Below, in pieces: positions 36,411-46,368 of a stretch of DNA of 64,000 nt. Location of the stretch: positions 106,752 to 170,751 of the forward strand of contig CAKOOO010000001.1 of NCBI GenBank assembly GCA_934098665.1. Reading direction: 5' to 3'. Under the pieces are notes generated by a model that saw only the letters and a program-made list of their open reading frames with translations, did no database searches and was not told the origin of the DNA. A program made the position numbers and the translations under genes. This DNA comes from an uncultured Bacilli bacterium (lineage in GTDB: Bacteria; Bacillota_I; Bacilli_A; RF39; UBA660). Every line of letters starts with the position of its first letter. Within the stretch, counting starts at the first letter, position 1.

Positions 36411-38537
36411 CTATGATTTTGGGGCCCATAGTCCATTTGATGATTTACAGCATTTTTTTCCCATTTCAACAGTTTCGCATTGTACTTTGTTATTATAATA
36501 TCCAGTAGGACAATTATTATTACCACCAGTGTTACTTCCACCACCGGAAGAGCCACCTCCATTACCATACTTCGAACATTTTTGTGGGTAACTTAATACA
36601 CTTTTTTTAATTGTTCCATCCACACCATGGCCATCTCTTGCAGTATATTTACATAATTTGCCACAACTTGATGGTTGACACGAGTGAATATAATAAAGCA
36701 CATCTTCCACAGTATTGCACCTATTACCACGTAGTGACGTATCTGTGTACTCACAACTAACACCAGGATTTGGACTTGGTTCGGGTTCAGGCGTTGGTGT
36801 AGGAGTTGGTTCTGGATTAACACAAGTACAAGGTATATATGTAGGTTCAGCATTACCACAATATCTATTATCAAATGTTGAATATTTTTCATAGTTAATA
36901 ATTATTTGGCCATAACCAAACAGTGGACTACATTGACAAACGCCAGGATATCTTTTTAAGATTGTATCACTACAAGCATTATAAAGTGTGTATGTTACAT
37001 CTTTTTTTTGAATATTACCTACATTATCTTTAGCAAAAATATTTATATTGAAAGTCTGCCCACTTCCATTTTCTGATGGTAACGTTATTTGTTTAGTGCA
37101 TAAATAACTATCACCATTTTTTTGACAATTATTTATATTTATAAATTCATAATCATTTGGATAATTATACATATTATAACCAATGTAATAACTATTCATA
37201 CCACTGTGATTATCTTTTACAGTAAATGTTACGTTAATAGTATTATTATTATAATTTAAAGTTCCATTTACTCTTTCATTACTAATTTTAGGTTTTTCTT
37301 TATCAATATAAACATCAATTTTATCAGTTGCATTTATAGGACATGTTTGATTATTACCTGCTTTATCATATATAATAAAACTTCCTATAGTATCTTTTAT
37401 TCTTTCTTTTGTGGCGGTTTTAGAAAATGTTTTTACTGCATAAACATTATTATTTTTTTCTATGACTTTTTCATAAGCACCATTTAATTTAATTTTTGCT
37501 TCACAACCACTTTCATTATCATGACAACCAAACATTAAGTCTTTATTATTATTTGACCATACATTACTACCAATATAATCACATTGTGGAGCTATATTAT
37601 CAATTTTTTGAACATTTAAAGTTTTATCATATTTTGTTATGTTACCTGCTTTATCCGCTACACATAAATAATAATTTCCCTCTTTAGTTACAGTATGACT
37701 ACGCTTTACTTCATTTCCATTTTTATAGAATTTTTTTGTCCAATTTTTATAATCATCATTACAAGGACTATTTGATATAATATAACTATATATTCCAGAA
37801 CCAATATCTTTTAAGGAAAGTCTAATTTCTTTTTCTTTTGTCCAAATATCATTATTTATTATTTCAACGTTTTCAATAACTGGAAATACGCCATCTATTT
37901 TTACTTTTTCACCTTTTGATTTTAAAACTTTACCTGACGCACTTTCATAGCCATTTACATAAAATACATCATTTATGACATTTCCTCTTTCATTATAAAT
38001 ATTTGTTAAATCAAATTTAATACCATTATTTACTGTATTAGGATTTAAATCAGTAGTCCAAGTAAAACTATCAATATTTTTACCTTTTTTATCTACAATT
38101 AACATTAAGGGATGATTATACCAAATATCCTCTAAAGGGGCATTTTCTAATTTAATTTTAAGATCATAATTATCCTCAAGTGGACTACTACAATTACTAT
38201 CTTTTTGGTAATTTAATATAACTTTATCTTGTTCATTTACACTTAAAATTTGACATTTTAATGATTTTCCATCACGAGGGTCTAATATATCCATATTACT
38301 ATTTGCTTTTAAATAGCCTTCATCAATTAATGTTTTAACAAAAAATGTTGTACTTTCTGTATCTACATAATAATTTTTGCCCGCTAGCTCGATTTCTTTT
38401 TTTAAATTTTCATACTGTTTTGCTAAAATATTTTCTCGTATTCTAATACTTGTAAATATACCAATAGTTAATATTACCCCAATTAAAACTATAACACTTA
38501 AAAGTTCTATTAATGTAAATCCTTTTTTACTTCTCAT
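36411..38537 (-). CDS. large type IV pilin/pseudopilin-like protein (708 aa) with a PT-linker and a Cys-rich C-terminal domain
   Basis: The class III signal MRSKKGFTLIELLSVIVLIGVIL carries the prepilin peptidase site G/FTLIE. The linker is PEPTPTPTPEPEPSPNPG. The C-terminus has at least 14 Cys and a Gly/Ser-rich GGGSSGGGSNTGGNNN. Confidence 0.65.
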   Translation of the reverse strand: MRSKKGFTLIELLSVIVLIGVILTIGIFTSIRIRENILAKQYENLKKEIELAGKNYYVDTESTTFFVKTLIDEGYLKANSNMDILDPRDGKSLKCQILSVNEQDKVILNYQKDSNCSSPLEDNYDLKIKLENAPLEDIWYNHPLMLIVDKKGKNIDSFTWTTDLNPNTVNNGIKFDLTNIYNERGNVINDVFYVNGYESASGKVLKSKGEKVKIDGVFPVIENVEIINNDIWTKEKEIRLSLKDIGSGIYSYIISNSPCNDDYKNWTKKFYKNGNEVKRSHTVTKEGNYYLCVADKAGNITKYDKTLNVQKIDNIAPQCDYIGSNVWSNNNKDLMFGCHDNESGCEAKIKLNGAYEKVIEKNNNVYAVKTFSKTATKERIKDTIGSFIIYDKAGNNQTCPINATDKIDVYIDKEKPKISNERVNGTLNYNNNTINVTFTVKDNHSGMNSYYIGYNMYNYPNDYEFININNCQKNGDSYLCTKQITLPSENGSGQTFNINIFAKDNVGNIQKKDVTYTLYNACSDTILKRYPGVCQCSPLFGYGQIIINYEKYSTFDNRYCGNAEPTYIPCTCVNPEPTPTPTPEPEPSPNPGVSCEYTDTSLRGNRCNTVEDVLYYIHSCQPSSCGKLCKYTARDGHGVDGTIKKSVLSYPQKCSKYGNGGGSSGGGSNTGGNNNCPTGYYNNKVQCETVEMGKKCCKSSNGLWAPKS

Positions 38538-38599
38538 AAATCCTCTACTCTATGATTAGTTTATCATAAAAAAAATAAAAATGCCATAATTATAGCATT

Positions 38600-39091
38600 T
38601 TATTCATATATTACAATATCATTATTTTTTAAACTTTTTTGAACATCTATTACTCTTTGATTTGAGGACCCTTTCCATTTTAAAGTTGGATTAGAAAGAC
38701 TATTTACAAACTGTCCATCCACTAAAACATCAATGTAATTAAGTACTTCTTTACCTTTTAAATCTTTATCAAATAGAAAACCACTCCATACCCATAAAGT
38801 TTTATTTGGATATTTTTCTTTAAAAGCTTTAGCAAGCATTGTAGTACCCTCAATATTATTTGGATGCATAGGCTCACCTCCTAAAATGGAAAGCCCTGTT
38901 ATAAAATCTTTAGAACAAAGGTTTAATACTTCTTCAATGGTTGTTTCATTAAATTCTTTACCGCCATTAAAGTCCCAAGTTTCAGGATTAAAGCAATTTT
39001 CACAGTGAAAAGCACATCCTTGCATAAATACTGAAACTCTTACTCCAGGTCCATTAGAAATATCCATTTTTCTAATTTTATGATATCTCAT
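38600..39091 (-). CDS. nrdG: anaerobic ribonucleoside-triphosphate reductase activating protein
   Basis: The radical-SAM cluster motif is CAFHCENCFNPE. 163 aa. It lies directly downstream of nrdD. Confidence 0.85.
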   Translation of the reverse strand: MRYHKIRKMDISNGPGVRVSVFMQGCAFHCENCFNPETWDFNGGKEFNETTIEEVLNLCSKDFITGLSILGGEPMHPNNIEGTTMLAKAFKEKYPNKTLWVWSGFLFDKDLKGKEVLNYIDVLVDGQFVNSLSNPTLKWKGSSNQRVIDVQKSLKNNDIVIYE

Positions 39092-39093
39092 AT

Positions 39094-41247
39094 TTAAGCA
39101 TCCTTATTATCTATATGCATTACTCTTTCTTTTATTTCTTCAGTTCTACCTTTATTCCAAAAGTTAGTTCCAATATAACCACAAGTTCTACGAGCAACAT
39201 TTAATTTATCATGATCTTTGTTTCCACAGTTTGGACAATACCACTCTAAATTATCATCAATTAAAATTTCACCAGTATAACCACACGCTTGGCAATAATC
39301 AGATTTTGTATTAAGTTCAGCATACATAATATTATTATAAATATATTCAATAACTTCCATTACAACATCTAAATTATTTTCAAGGTTTGGTGTTTCAATA
39401 TAACTAATTGCTCCTCCTGGAGAAAGTTTTTGAAATTCACTTTCAAGTTTTAATTTTGTAAAGGCATCAATTTCTTCAAATACTGGTACATGGTATGAAT
39501 TAGTAATGTAATTTCTATCTGTAATTCCTTTTACAATACCAAATCTATCTTTTAAACATTTAGCAAATTTATAAGTAGTAGATTCAATTGGTGTTCCATA
39601 TACTGAATAATCAATGTCTTCTTCTTCTTTCCATTTTTTACATTTATTATTCATATACTCCATTACTTTTAAGCCAAATTCTTTACCAACAGATTCATCA
39701 GTATGAGAATGACCTGTCATATATTTAACACATTCATAAAGTCCTGCATAACCAAGTGAAATTGTTGAATAACCATGATGTAAAAGATCATGAATACTTT
39801 CACCTTTACCAAGTCTTGCAAGTGCTCCGTGTTGCCATAAAATTGGTGCTACATCGCTTGTAACTTTTGAAAGTCTTTTATGTCTTATTTGAAGTGCTCT
39901 ATGACATAGTTCTAATCTATCATCAAATATTTTCCAGAATAGTTCCATATCTTTGTCTGATGAAAGTGCAACATCAGGAAGATTAATAGTAACAACACCT
40001 TGATTAAATCTACCATAGTATTTTGGATTACCTTTTTCATCAACATATGGAGTTAAGAAACTACGGCATCCCATACAAGGATAACATTGACCATTTCCAT
40101 TTTTATCAATCTTAAGTTCTTTCATAATCTTTTCAGAAATATAATCTGGAACCATTCTTTTTGCTGTACATTTAGCGGAAAGCTGAGTTAAATAATAATA
40201 TTTACTACCTGGTTTAATATTATCTTCCTCAAGAACATATAAAAGTTTTGGAAATGCTGGTGTTATATAAACACCTTTTTCATTTTTCATACCTTGAATT
40301 CTTTGTTTTAAAACTTCCTCAATAATCATTGCAAGTTCATCTTTATATTCGTTAGTTTCTCCAAGATACATACATACGCTTAAAAATGGTGCTTGACCAT
40401 TAGTCGTGGTCATTGAATTAATTTGATATTGAAATGTTTGTACTCCATCAGTAATTTCTTTTTGTAAATCTTCTTTTGCATATTTTTCAGCATCTTCTTT
40501 TTTAAATTTTCTTGCTTTATATTTATCTAAATATCTTTCATAACTACATCTAACAAAAGGTGCTAAATGAGTAAGAGTTATAGTGCATCCTCCATATTGT
40601 GATGATGATACAGCAGTAATAATTTGTGTAGCAATAGTCATTGCAGTTAAGAATCTATGAGGTTTTTCTATCATTACACCATTAATATTTGTTCCATTTT
40701 GAAGCATATCCTCAAGGTTAATTAAATCGCAGTTATGAAGTGCATTTTGAGCAAAATAATCTGCATCATGAAAATGAATAATACCCTCATCATGAGCTTT
40801 TACAATATCTTCAGTAAGTAAAAATCTACGAGTAATATCTGTTGAAGTAATACCTGCTAAATAATCTCTTTGAGTAGTAACAATCTTAGCATTTTTATTA
40901 GAATTTTCTGTATTCCAATATTCACTTTCACCATCAATTAATTCTTTAATTGAAAGGTCTGTTGTATTACTTTTTCTAACTAATTCTCTTGTATATCTAT
41001 AAGTAATATATTCTTTTGCAAGAGCATATTTAGAAAGAGCCATTAATCTATATTCAATAATATCTTGAATATCCTCAACAAGCATTCTTTTTTTCTTTAA
41101 GCCTTCAATATATTTAATAATATTTTTGATTTGAATATCGCTTACTCTATCTTCTTCAGCAACCTCATCATTGGCTTTTTTAATTGCCATTTCAATTTTC
41201 TCTGGACAATAATCTACTATATGTCCATCTCTTTTAACTATTTTCAT
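39094..41247 (-). CDS. nrdD: anaerobic ribonucleoside-triphosphate reductase
   Basis: 717 aa with an N-terminal ATP-cone. The C-terminal glycyl-radical region is RRTCGYIG and a Zn ribbon is CQACG...CPNCG. Confidence 0.9.
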   Translation of the reverse strand: MKIVKRDGHIVDYCPEKIEMAIKKANDEVAEEDRVSDIQIKNIIKYIEGLKKKRMLVEDIQDIIEYRLMALSKYALAKEYITYRYTRELVRKSNTTDLSIKELIDGESEYWNTENSNKNAKIVTTQRDYLAGITSTDITRRFLLTEDIVKAHDEGIIHFHDADYFAQNALHNCDLINLEDMLQNGTNINGVMIEKPHRFLTAMTIATQIITAVSSSQYGGCTITLTHLAPFVRCSYERYLDKYKARKFKKEDAEKYAKEDLQKEITDGVQTFQYQINSMTTTNGQAPFLSVCMYLGETNEYKDELAMIIEEVLKQRIQGMKNEKGVYITPAFPKLLYVLEEDNIKPGSKYYYLTQLSAKCTAKRMVPDYISEKIMKELKIDKNGNGQCYPCMGCRSFLTPYVDEKGNPKYYGRFNQGVVTINLPDVALSSDKDMELFWKIFDDRLELCHRALQIRHKRLSKVTSDVAPILWQHGALARLGKGESIHDLLHHGYSTISLGYAGLYECVKYMTGHSHTDESVGKEFGLKVMEYMNNKCKKWKEEEDIDYSVYGTPIESTTYKFAKCLKDRFGIVKGITDRNYITNSYHVPVFEEIDAFTKLKLESEFQKLSPGGAISYIETPNLENNLDVVMEVIEYIYNNIMYAELNTKSDYCQACGYTGEILIDDNLEWYCPNCGNKDHDKLNVARRTCGYIGTNFWNKGRTEEIKERVMHIDNKDA

Positions 41248-41303
41248 TTTTTCCTCCTACATCTATCTTAAATCTATTAAAACTATATCACATATTTAAA
41301 AAA

Positions 41304-41329
41304 TATATTGTTGCAATTGCAACAATATA
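41304..41329. promoter_or_regulatory. perfect 26-bp palindrome TATATTGTTGCAATTGCAACAATATA between divergent nrdDG and the crp/fnr-family gene; candidate operator
   Basis: It is its own exact reverse complement. It lies about 55 nt upstream of nrdD and about 35 nt upstream of the regulator gene. Confidence 0.6.
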
Positions 41330-41363
41330 AAAAAAATGATAAAATTTTACATGAGAGGTGTAA

Positions 41364-42005
41364 ATGATAAAATTATTTGATAATATTTCTATAAAAGAAA
41401 AAAATAAATTAATAAATTATCTCGAAGGGCTTTTCTTTAATTTCAAAAAAAATGCCGATATTTCTAAAACTCTTAAAGACAATATTATAGGTATTATAAT
41501 AAGTGGTAGTGCTAAAATAGTATATACAGATTATAATGGAAATAAGCTTGTTATCGAAGAACTTTATGAGGATGACATTTTTGGTTCAAACTTATCATAT
41601 TTATATAATAAAGAGTATGAAGTGCTAGCAAGTGAGGATACAACAGTACTTGTTTTTGATTATGATTTTATTATTAAAAACAAATTAAATACCGATTACT
41701 TTAATACATTTTTAAAAAATATTATAATAATATTTAATGATAAAATTAGAAAAAAAAATGATAGACTACAAATAATTTCTAAAAAAACAATTAGAGATAA
41801 ACTTCTTGAATATTTTGATATTGAAAGCAGTTTGCATGGAAGTAGCATAATTTATTTAACTATATCTTTTTCAGAGCTCGCAGATTTTCTTGCAATTGAC
41901 AGAAGTGCTATGCATAGAGAACTCAAAAATTTAAAAGATGAAGGTATAATAGATGTTAAAGGTAAAAAAATTACTTTATTATATCGTCACTCGTTTGCTA
42001 TCTAG
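41364..42005 (+). CDS. Crp/Fnr-family transcriptional regulator
   Basis: cNMP-binding-like N-domain. The C-terminal HTH is SELADFLAIDRSAMHRELKNLKDEGII. There is no N-terminal Cys cluster, so it is Crp-like rather than Fnr. Confidence 0.8.
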   Translation: MIKLFDNISIKEKNKLINYLEGLFFNFKKNADISKTLKDNIIGIIISGSAKIVYTDYNGNKLVIEELYEDDIFGSNLSYLYNKEYEVLASEDTTVLVFDYDFIIKNKLNTDYFNTFLKNIIIIFNDKIRKKNDRLQIISKKTIRDKLLEYFDIESSLHGSSIIYLTISFSELADFLAIDRSAMHRELKNLKDEGIIDVKGKKITLLYRHSFAI

Positions 42006-42045
42006 TTTATTTTAAAGTATAATATATTTGAAAGGAAGAAGAAAA

Positions 42046-43401
42046 ATGTTTGAAAATAAAAAAATTCACATGATAGGTATCGGAGGCATTTCCATGAGTG
42101 GTATTGCTATGATATTAAAATCATTTAATGCAAGTGTAACAGGATATGATGCTACAAAAACACCACTAACAGAAAATCTTGAAAAAAGCGGCATAAAAGT
42201 TACTTATGAAACAAATTTAAAAAATGTAAAAGATGCAGATATAATTATATATACTGCTGCAATACACGAAGATAATGAAGAGTTAAAATATGCAAGAAAA
42301 GAAAATAAATGTATTTATGAAAGAAGTACTGCTCTAGGGCTTTTAATGAAAGAATATGAAAATGTATTATGTATTTCAGGTACTCATGGAAAAAGCACTA
42401 CAACAGGAATGATAAGTACTATATTTATGAAAGCTGGTCTTAATCCTACTATAATGATAGGTGCTATACTTCCTATAATAAACTCTAATAATCATATTGG
42501 CTCTAAAAAATATTTTATTGCTGAAAGCTGTGAATACGTAGATAGTTTTTTAGAATTTTATCCTACAAGTGAAATAGTTTTAGATATTGATGATGATCAT
42601 CTTGATTACTTTAAAAATATCGAAGGAATTATATCTTCATTTAAAAAATTTACTAGCAAACTTAATAATAATGGAAATTTAATTATAAATAAAGATGATG
42701 AAAATACTGTTTTAATGGCAAAAGATGAAAATAAAATAACTTATGGTATTAATAATAATTCAAATTATATGGCTAAAAATATTTCATATAACAATAATGG
42801 TCATGCAAGTTATGATTTATTTATAGATGGAAGTTACATTGATAAAATAAATTTATCTGTATCAGGCAAACATAATGTTTATAACTCACTTGCGGCAATT
42901 GCAATGTGCAAACTATATGATATTTCATTAGAAAATATTAAAGATGGGTTGAGTGCTTATACTGGTGTAGGAAGAAGATTTGAACTTATTGGTAAATATA
43001 ATGATGCACTTGTTTATGATGATTATGCACACCATCCAAGTGAAATTAAAACTACACTTGATTCAGTTAAAAAAGTAAATCATAATAAAGACTATGCAAT
43101 ATTTCAATCACATACTTATTCAAGAACAATAGAACATTTAAATGAATTTGCAGATGTACTTTCTAAATTTGATAATATTATTATTGCCCCTATTTACCCC
43201 GCAAGAGAAAAAAATATTTGGGGTGTTAAAGAAGAAATGCTTGTAGATTTAATTAAAGAAAAAAATCCAAATGTAATATATTTAGATTCATTTGATAAAA
43301 TAAAAAATTATATTAAATCTACTATAAAGCCTAATGATTTAGTTATAACTATTGGAGCTGGACCAATTAATGAAGTTGCAAAGGAAATTGTAAATGAATA
43401 A
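42046..43401 (+). CDS. murC: UDP-N-acetylmuramate--L-alanine ligase
   Basis: IHMIGIGGISMSGIA is the MurC N-terminus. The P-loop is GTHGKSTTT. The start was moved to the ATG at 42046, which has the RBS aaaggaag; the ORF track begins at a TTG at 42028. Confidence 0.9.
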   Translation: MFENKKIHMIGIGGISMSGIAMILKSFNASVTGYDATKTPLTENLEKSGIKVTYETNLKNVKDADIIIYTAAIHEDNEELKYARKENKCIYERSTALGLLMKEYENVLCISGTHGKSTTTGMISTIFMKAGLNPTIMIGAILPIINSNNHIGSKKYFIAESCEYVDSFLEFYPTSEIVLDIDDDHLDYFKNIEGIISSFKKFTSKLNNNGNLIINKDDENTVLMAKDENKITYGINNNSNYMAKNISYNNNGHASYDLFIDGSYIDKINLSVSGKHNVYNSLAAIAMCKLYDISLENIKDGLSAYTGVGRRFELIGKYNDALVYDDYAHHPSEIKTTLDSVKKVNHNKDYAIFQSHTYSRTIEHLNEFADVLSKFDNIIIAPIYPAREKNIWGVKEEMLVDLIKEKNPNVIYLDSFDKIKNYIKSTIKPNDLVITIGAGPINEVAKEIVNE

Positions 43402-43900
43402 AAAAAATGGATTTTTAGTTTGGATAATATCAACAATTATTATAATATTTTTAATCTTTGCGGTATTTTACTTTATAAGAAGTGATAAAAAAAATAAATT
43501 TGATAAACTACTTAATGAGCCTTACTATTTAAGAGTAAATTTTGGTGCATCATCAAAAGTAAATACCTTAAAAGATGTTTCCCCTTTTCTAAAGGAAACT
43601 AATATTGAAAGAAATTATTATTTATATATTACTAAAACAAATATAATTTTTGCATACTACACAGATTACTACTATATTTTTGATCCTCTTCATGGATATC
43701 ATATTGATTTTGAGGCTAATTCAACAAATGAAAATATTCAAAATATTTTAAATGAAATTAATCAAATAAAAGTAAGCACTTTAACAAATAAAAATGAAAG
43801 TGAATACTCAGAAATAAGAATAAACAATGAAAATGGCTTTATAAATACAAAAGATTTATTATTAATACTTCAAAAATATAACTATTTTGTAGAAATTTAA
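43394..43900 (+). CDS. hypothetical N-terminally anchored protein
   Basis: 168 aa with one TM after the start. It overlaps the murC stop by 8 nt. Confidence 0.45.
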   Translation: MNKKNGFLVWIISTIIIIFLIFAVFYFIRSDKKNKFDKLLNEPYYLRVNFGASSKVNTLKDVSPFLKETNIERNYYLYITKTNIIFAYYTDYYYIFDPLHGYHIDFEANSTNENIQNILNEINQIKVSTLTNKNESEYSEIRINNENGFINTKDLLLILQKYNYFVEI

Positions 43901-43924
43901 AAAAAGTTCGAATTTGAACTTTTT

Positions 43925-44899
43925 TTATTGTAAACTTTTTAAATAATCATCAAGTATTTTTATAATGTTTACATAAGAAATTTCTTTACATATCATATTT
44001 TTTATTTCACCACTATTAGGCATACCTTTTAAATAGTAAAGAAAATGAGTTCTAATTTCAAGTACCGCATTTTTTTCACCTTTTTCATTTACTAAACCAG
44101 TTAAATGATTTTTCATCATATTTATTTTTTCTTCATAACTTATAGTTTTTGGAAGAATACCTTTTTCTAAATACTCATTGCACTCTTTTACAAGCCAAGG
44201 ATTACCTAAAAGTCCTCTTCCTATCATAACTAAATCGCAACCAGTTTCTAAAAGCATCTTTTTTGCATCATAACATGTAATAACATCACCATTTCCAATA
44301 ACGGGAATACTTACACTTTCTTTTACCTTTTTTATTAAAGACCAGTCGCTATGACCAGAGTATCCTTGACTTCTTGTTCTTGCATGAAGTGTTATAGCAT
44401 CAGCACCGGCTTTTTCACATATTTTAGCAACCTGCACGCAGTTTATACTATTTTCATCCCAACCACTACGAATTTTAACTGTTACTGGACATGGAACACT
44501 TTCTTTGACTGCCTTAACTATTTCAAATATTTTTTCAGGATTTTTCAAAAGTGCACTACCCGCTTGTGATTTTATAGCAATTTTAGGTACAGGACAACCC
44601 ATATTGATATCAATTATATCTGGGTTCATATATTCATAAACTTTTTTAGCGGCAATGCAAAAACTTTCTTTATCACTTCCAAATATTTGTTGAGATATAG
44701 GACGCTCTTTTTCATCCATTTCAAGAAGTTTTTTAGTTTTTTCATTTTCGTAAATAATAGCTTTATCAGATACCATTTCGCCAACTACTAAAGCACAGCC
44801 GAACTTTTTACATATCATCCTAAAAGTTTTATTAGTTATTCCCGCCATCGGAGCAAGTACTATTTTACCATTTATTTCTACATTACCTATTTTAACCAT
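43925..44899 (-). CDS. tRNA-dihydrouridine synthase
   Basis: VLAPMAGITNKTFR and DINMGCPVPKI are Dus motifs. The start is probably the internal Met (MVKIGNVEI) rather than the ORF-track start at 44953. Confidence 0.85.
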   Translation of the reverse strand: MVKIGNVEINGKIVLAPMAGITNKTFRMICKKFGCALVVGEMVSDKAIIYENEKTKKLLEMDEKERPISQQIFGSDKESFCIAAKKVYEYMNPDIIDINMGCPVPKIAIKSQAGSALLKNPEKIFEIVKAVKESVPCPVTVKIRSGWDENSINCVQVAKICEKAGADAITLHARTRSQGYSGHSDWSLIKKVKESVSIPVIGNGDVITCYDAKKMLLETGCDLVMIGRGLLGNPWLVKECNEYLEKGILPKTISYEEKINMMKNHLTGLVNEKGEKNAVLEIRTHFLYYLKGMPNSGEIKNMICKEISYVNIIKILDDYLKSLQ

Positions 44900-45080
44900 A
44901 AAAAATCTTTCCTTTTCAAGAAAGATTATAACATTTTTACTTTTTTCATACAACTTTATTTTTTCATCTGCTACAAAATTATATTAATGCGCTATAATTA
45001 TATTTAATTATCAATTTCAAAGTACAATTTTTGCACTTTAGAACATTCTTTTTACACTTTGACATTAAAAAAAGATGAAT

Positions 45081-45644
45081 TTAATCATCTATAATAACAC
45101 CATCATCACCTTGATTAAGTAAAAATGCACATGCATCGTCTGTATCAAGATGTAATTCATAATATGCTTTATCTTTCACTTTATAAAAGCACTCAATATA
45201 ACCTATTTTTTCTTTTCCAACTTTTACTAAAACAGACTGCCCATCTTTAATATTATTTTTTAAAGCATCCTCTTTAGAAATATGAATATGTCTTTGAGCA
45301 ATTATAGCACTATTTAAACTAACTTCATTTTTACTTGTTTTTAATGTAATATTTTCTGCATCAATTAAATCACCGCTTTTTCTTACCGGAGGATTAATTC
45401 TAAATTTTATTGCATCACTTCTTGAAATTTCTACCTGAGTATAATCTCTAAAAGGACCTAAAACCTTAACATTTTCTATTTCATAAAATTCTGTTTTTAA
45501 GGTAATAACCTTATCTGTTACATATTCTCCAGGTTCTGATAAGTACTTTATAATACTATAATCATCATCAAAAAGTAAATCATAAACCTTTTTTGTTAAA
45601 TGAATATGTCTGTTACTAATTCCAATACTAACTTTATTTTCCAT
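45081..45644 (-). CDS. PduL-like phosphate acyltransferase (phosphotransacylase)
   Basis: Duplicated PduL motifs ISNRHIHLT... and IAQRHIHIS with GPFRDYTQVEISRSDA. About 187 aa. Confidence 0.65.
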   Translation of the reverse strand: MENKVSIGISNRHIHLTKKVYDLLFDDDYSIIKYLSEPGEYVTDKVITLKTEFYEIENVKVLGPFRDYTQVEISRSDAIKFRINPPVRKSGDLIDAENITLKTSKNEVSLNSAIIAQRHIHISKEDALKNNIKDGQSVLVKVGKEKIGYIECFYKVKDKAYYELHLDTDDACAFLLNQGDDGVIIDD

Positions 45645-45650
45645 TAATCA

Positions 45651-45746
45651 ATTACAAGCGTAATAGCTTTAGCAATTGCTATACCAAACACTATTAATGA
45701 ACAAGAAAATACAATACTTAAAATTATATTTTTTTTCATATTTTTT
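45651..45746 (-). CDS. possible 31-aa hydrophobic micro-protein
   Basis: Manual translation of the minus strand: MKKNIILSIVFSCSLIVFGIAIAKAITLVID. Evidence is weak. Confidence 0.2.
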
Positions 45747-45753
45747 TCCTTTC

Positions 45754-46368
45754 CTAAAAATAAACTTTTTCAATATTTATAATATTTTTATCTTCGAATA
45801 AAAGTTTATATATAAAGTAATCTTCTTTAACATCATTATATAAAATATTTTCATTATAATCTAAAACTAAATTATCCTCGAGTGTATAACTATAGTTACA
45901 TTTACATGTTAAATATCCAAGTATTAATCTTTGATGAGTAAATATAACAACTTTATTTAAATTATTAAGATATACAATATGATTTATTTCTTTATCTAGT
46001 CTTTTACCAGCTTCATTTAGACTTTCACCACCTGTAAGTTTTATATTAAAATCATGTTCTTGCATGAAATAAACATCTTTTATACTTTGCAAGTGAATAT
46101 TTCCAAGTTTTGCATCATTTAATGTTTCGAGTTCATAAACTGGCTTATTTATTCTTTTACTTAAAGTTTTTGCAAATAAAATTGCACTTGGTGATAATGA
46201 TGAATATATTGCATTTGCATTATTAAATATACTTAAAAGTGAAACATCTTTAGCTAAATCTTTCATCCTATTTACAAGAGGTAATCTAATTTTATTTTTA
46301 TCTATTTTTAAATTTGAATATATTAAATTATTTTCTATTACGTTATTACTAACTAAAATAATTTCCAT
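45754..46368 (-). CDS. hypothetical protein
   Basis: 204 aa with no confident motif. Its C-terminal VVIFTHQRLI resembles histidine-phosphatase-like endings, but no RHG motif was found. Confidence 0.4.
   Translation of the reverse strand: MEIILVSNNVIENNLIYSNLKIDKNKIRLPLVNRMKDLAKDVSLLSIFNNANAIYSSLSPSAILFAKTLSKRINKPVYELETLNDAKLGNIHLQSIKDVYFMQEHDFNIKLTGGESLNEAGKRLDKEINHIVYLNNLNKVVIFTHQRLILGYLTCKCNYSYTLEDNLVLDYNENILYNDVKEDYFIYKLLFEDKNIINIEKVYF

Noticed and set aside
36344-36892. ORFs 36344..36568 and 36593..36892 (-) overlapping the pilin-like gene and the T-box leader
   Set aside because: They overlap, in other frames, the pilin-like gene and the leader region. There is no RBS and the composition is odd, so they are probably spurious.
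45655-45700. The 9-mer gcgtaatag, shared with the 58-bp AbiL-flanking repeats
   Set aside because: Only a 9-nt match. It lies inside a possible micro-ORF and has no partner inverted repeat, so it is most likely chance in an AT-rich genome.
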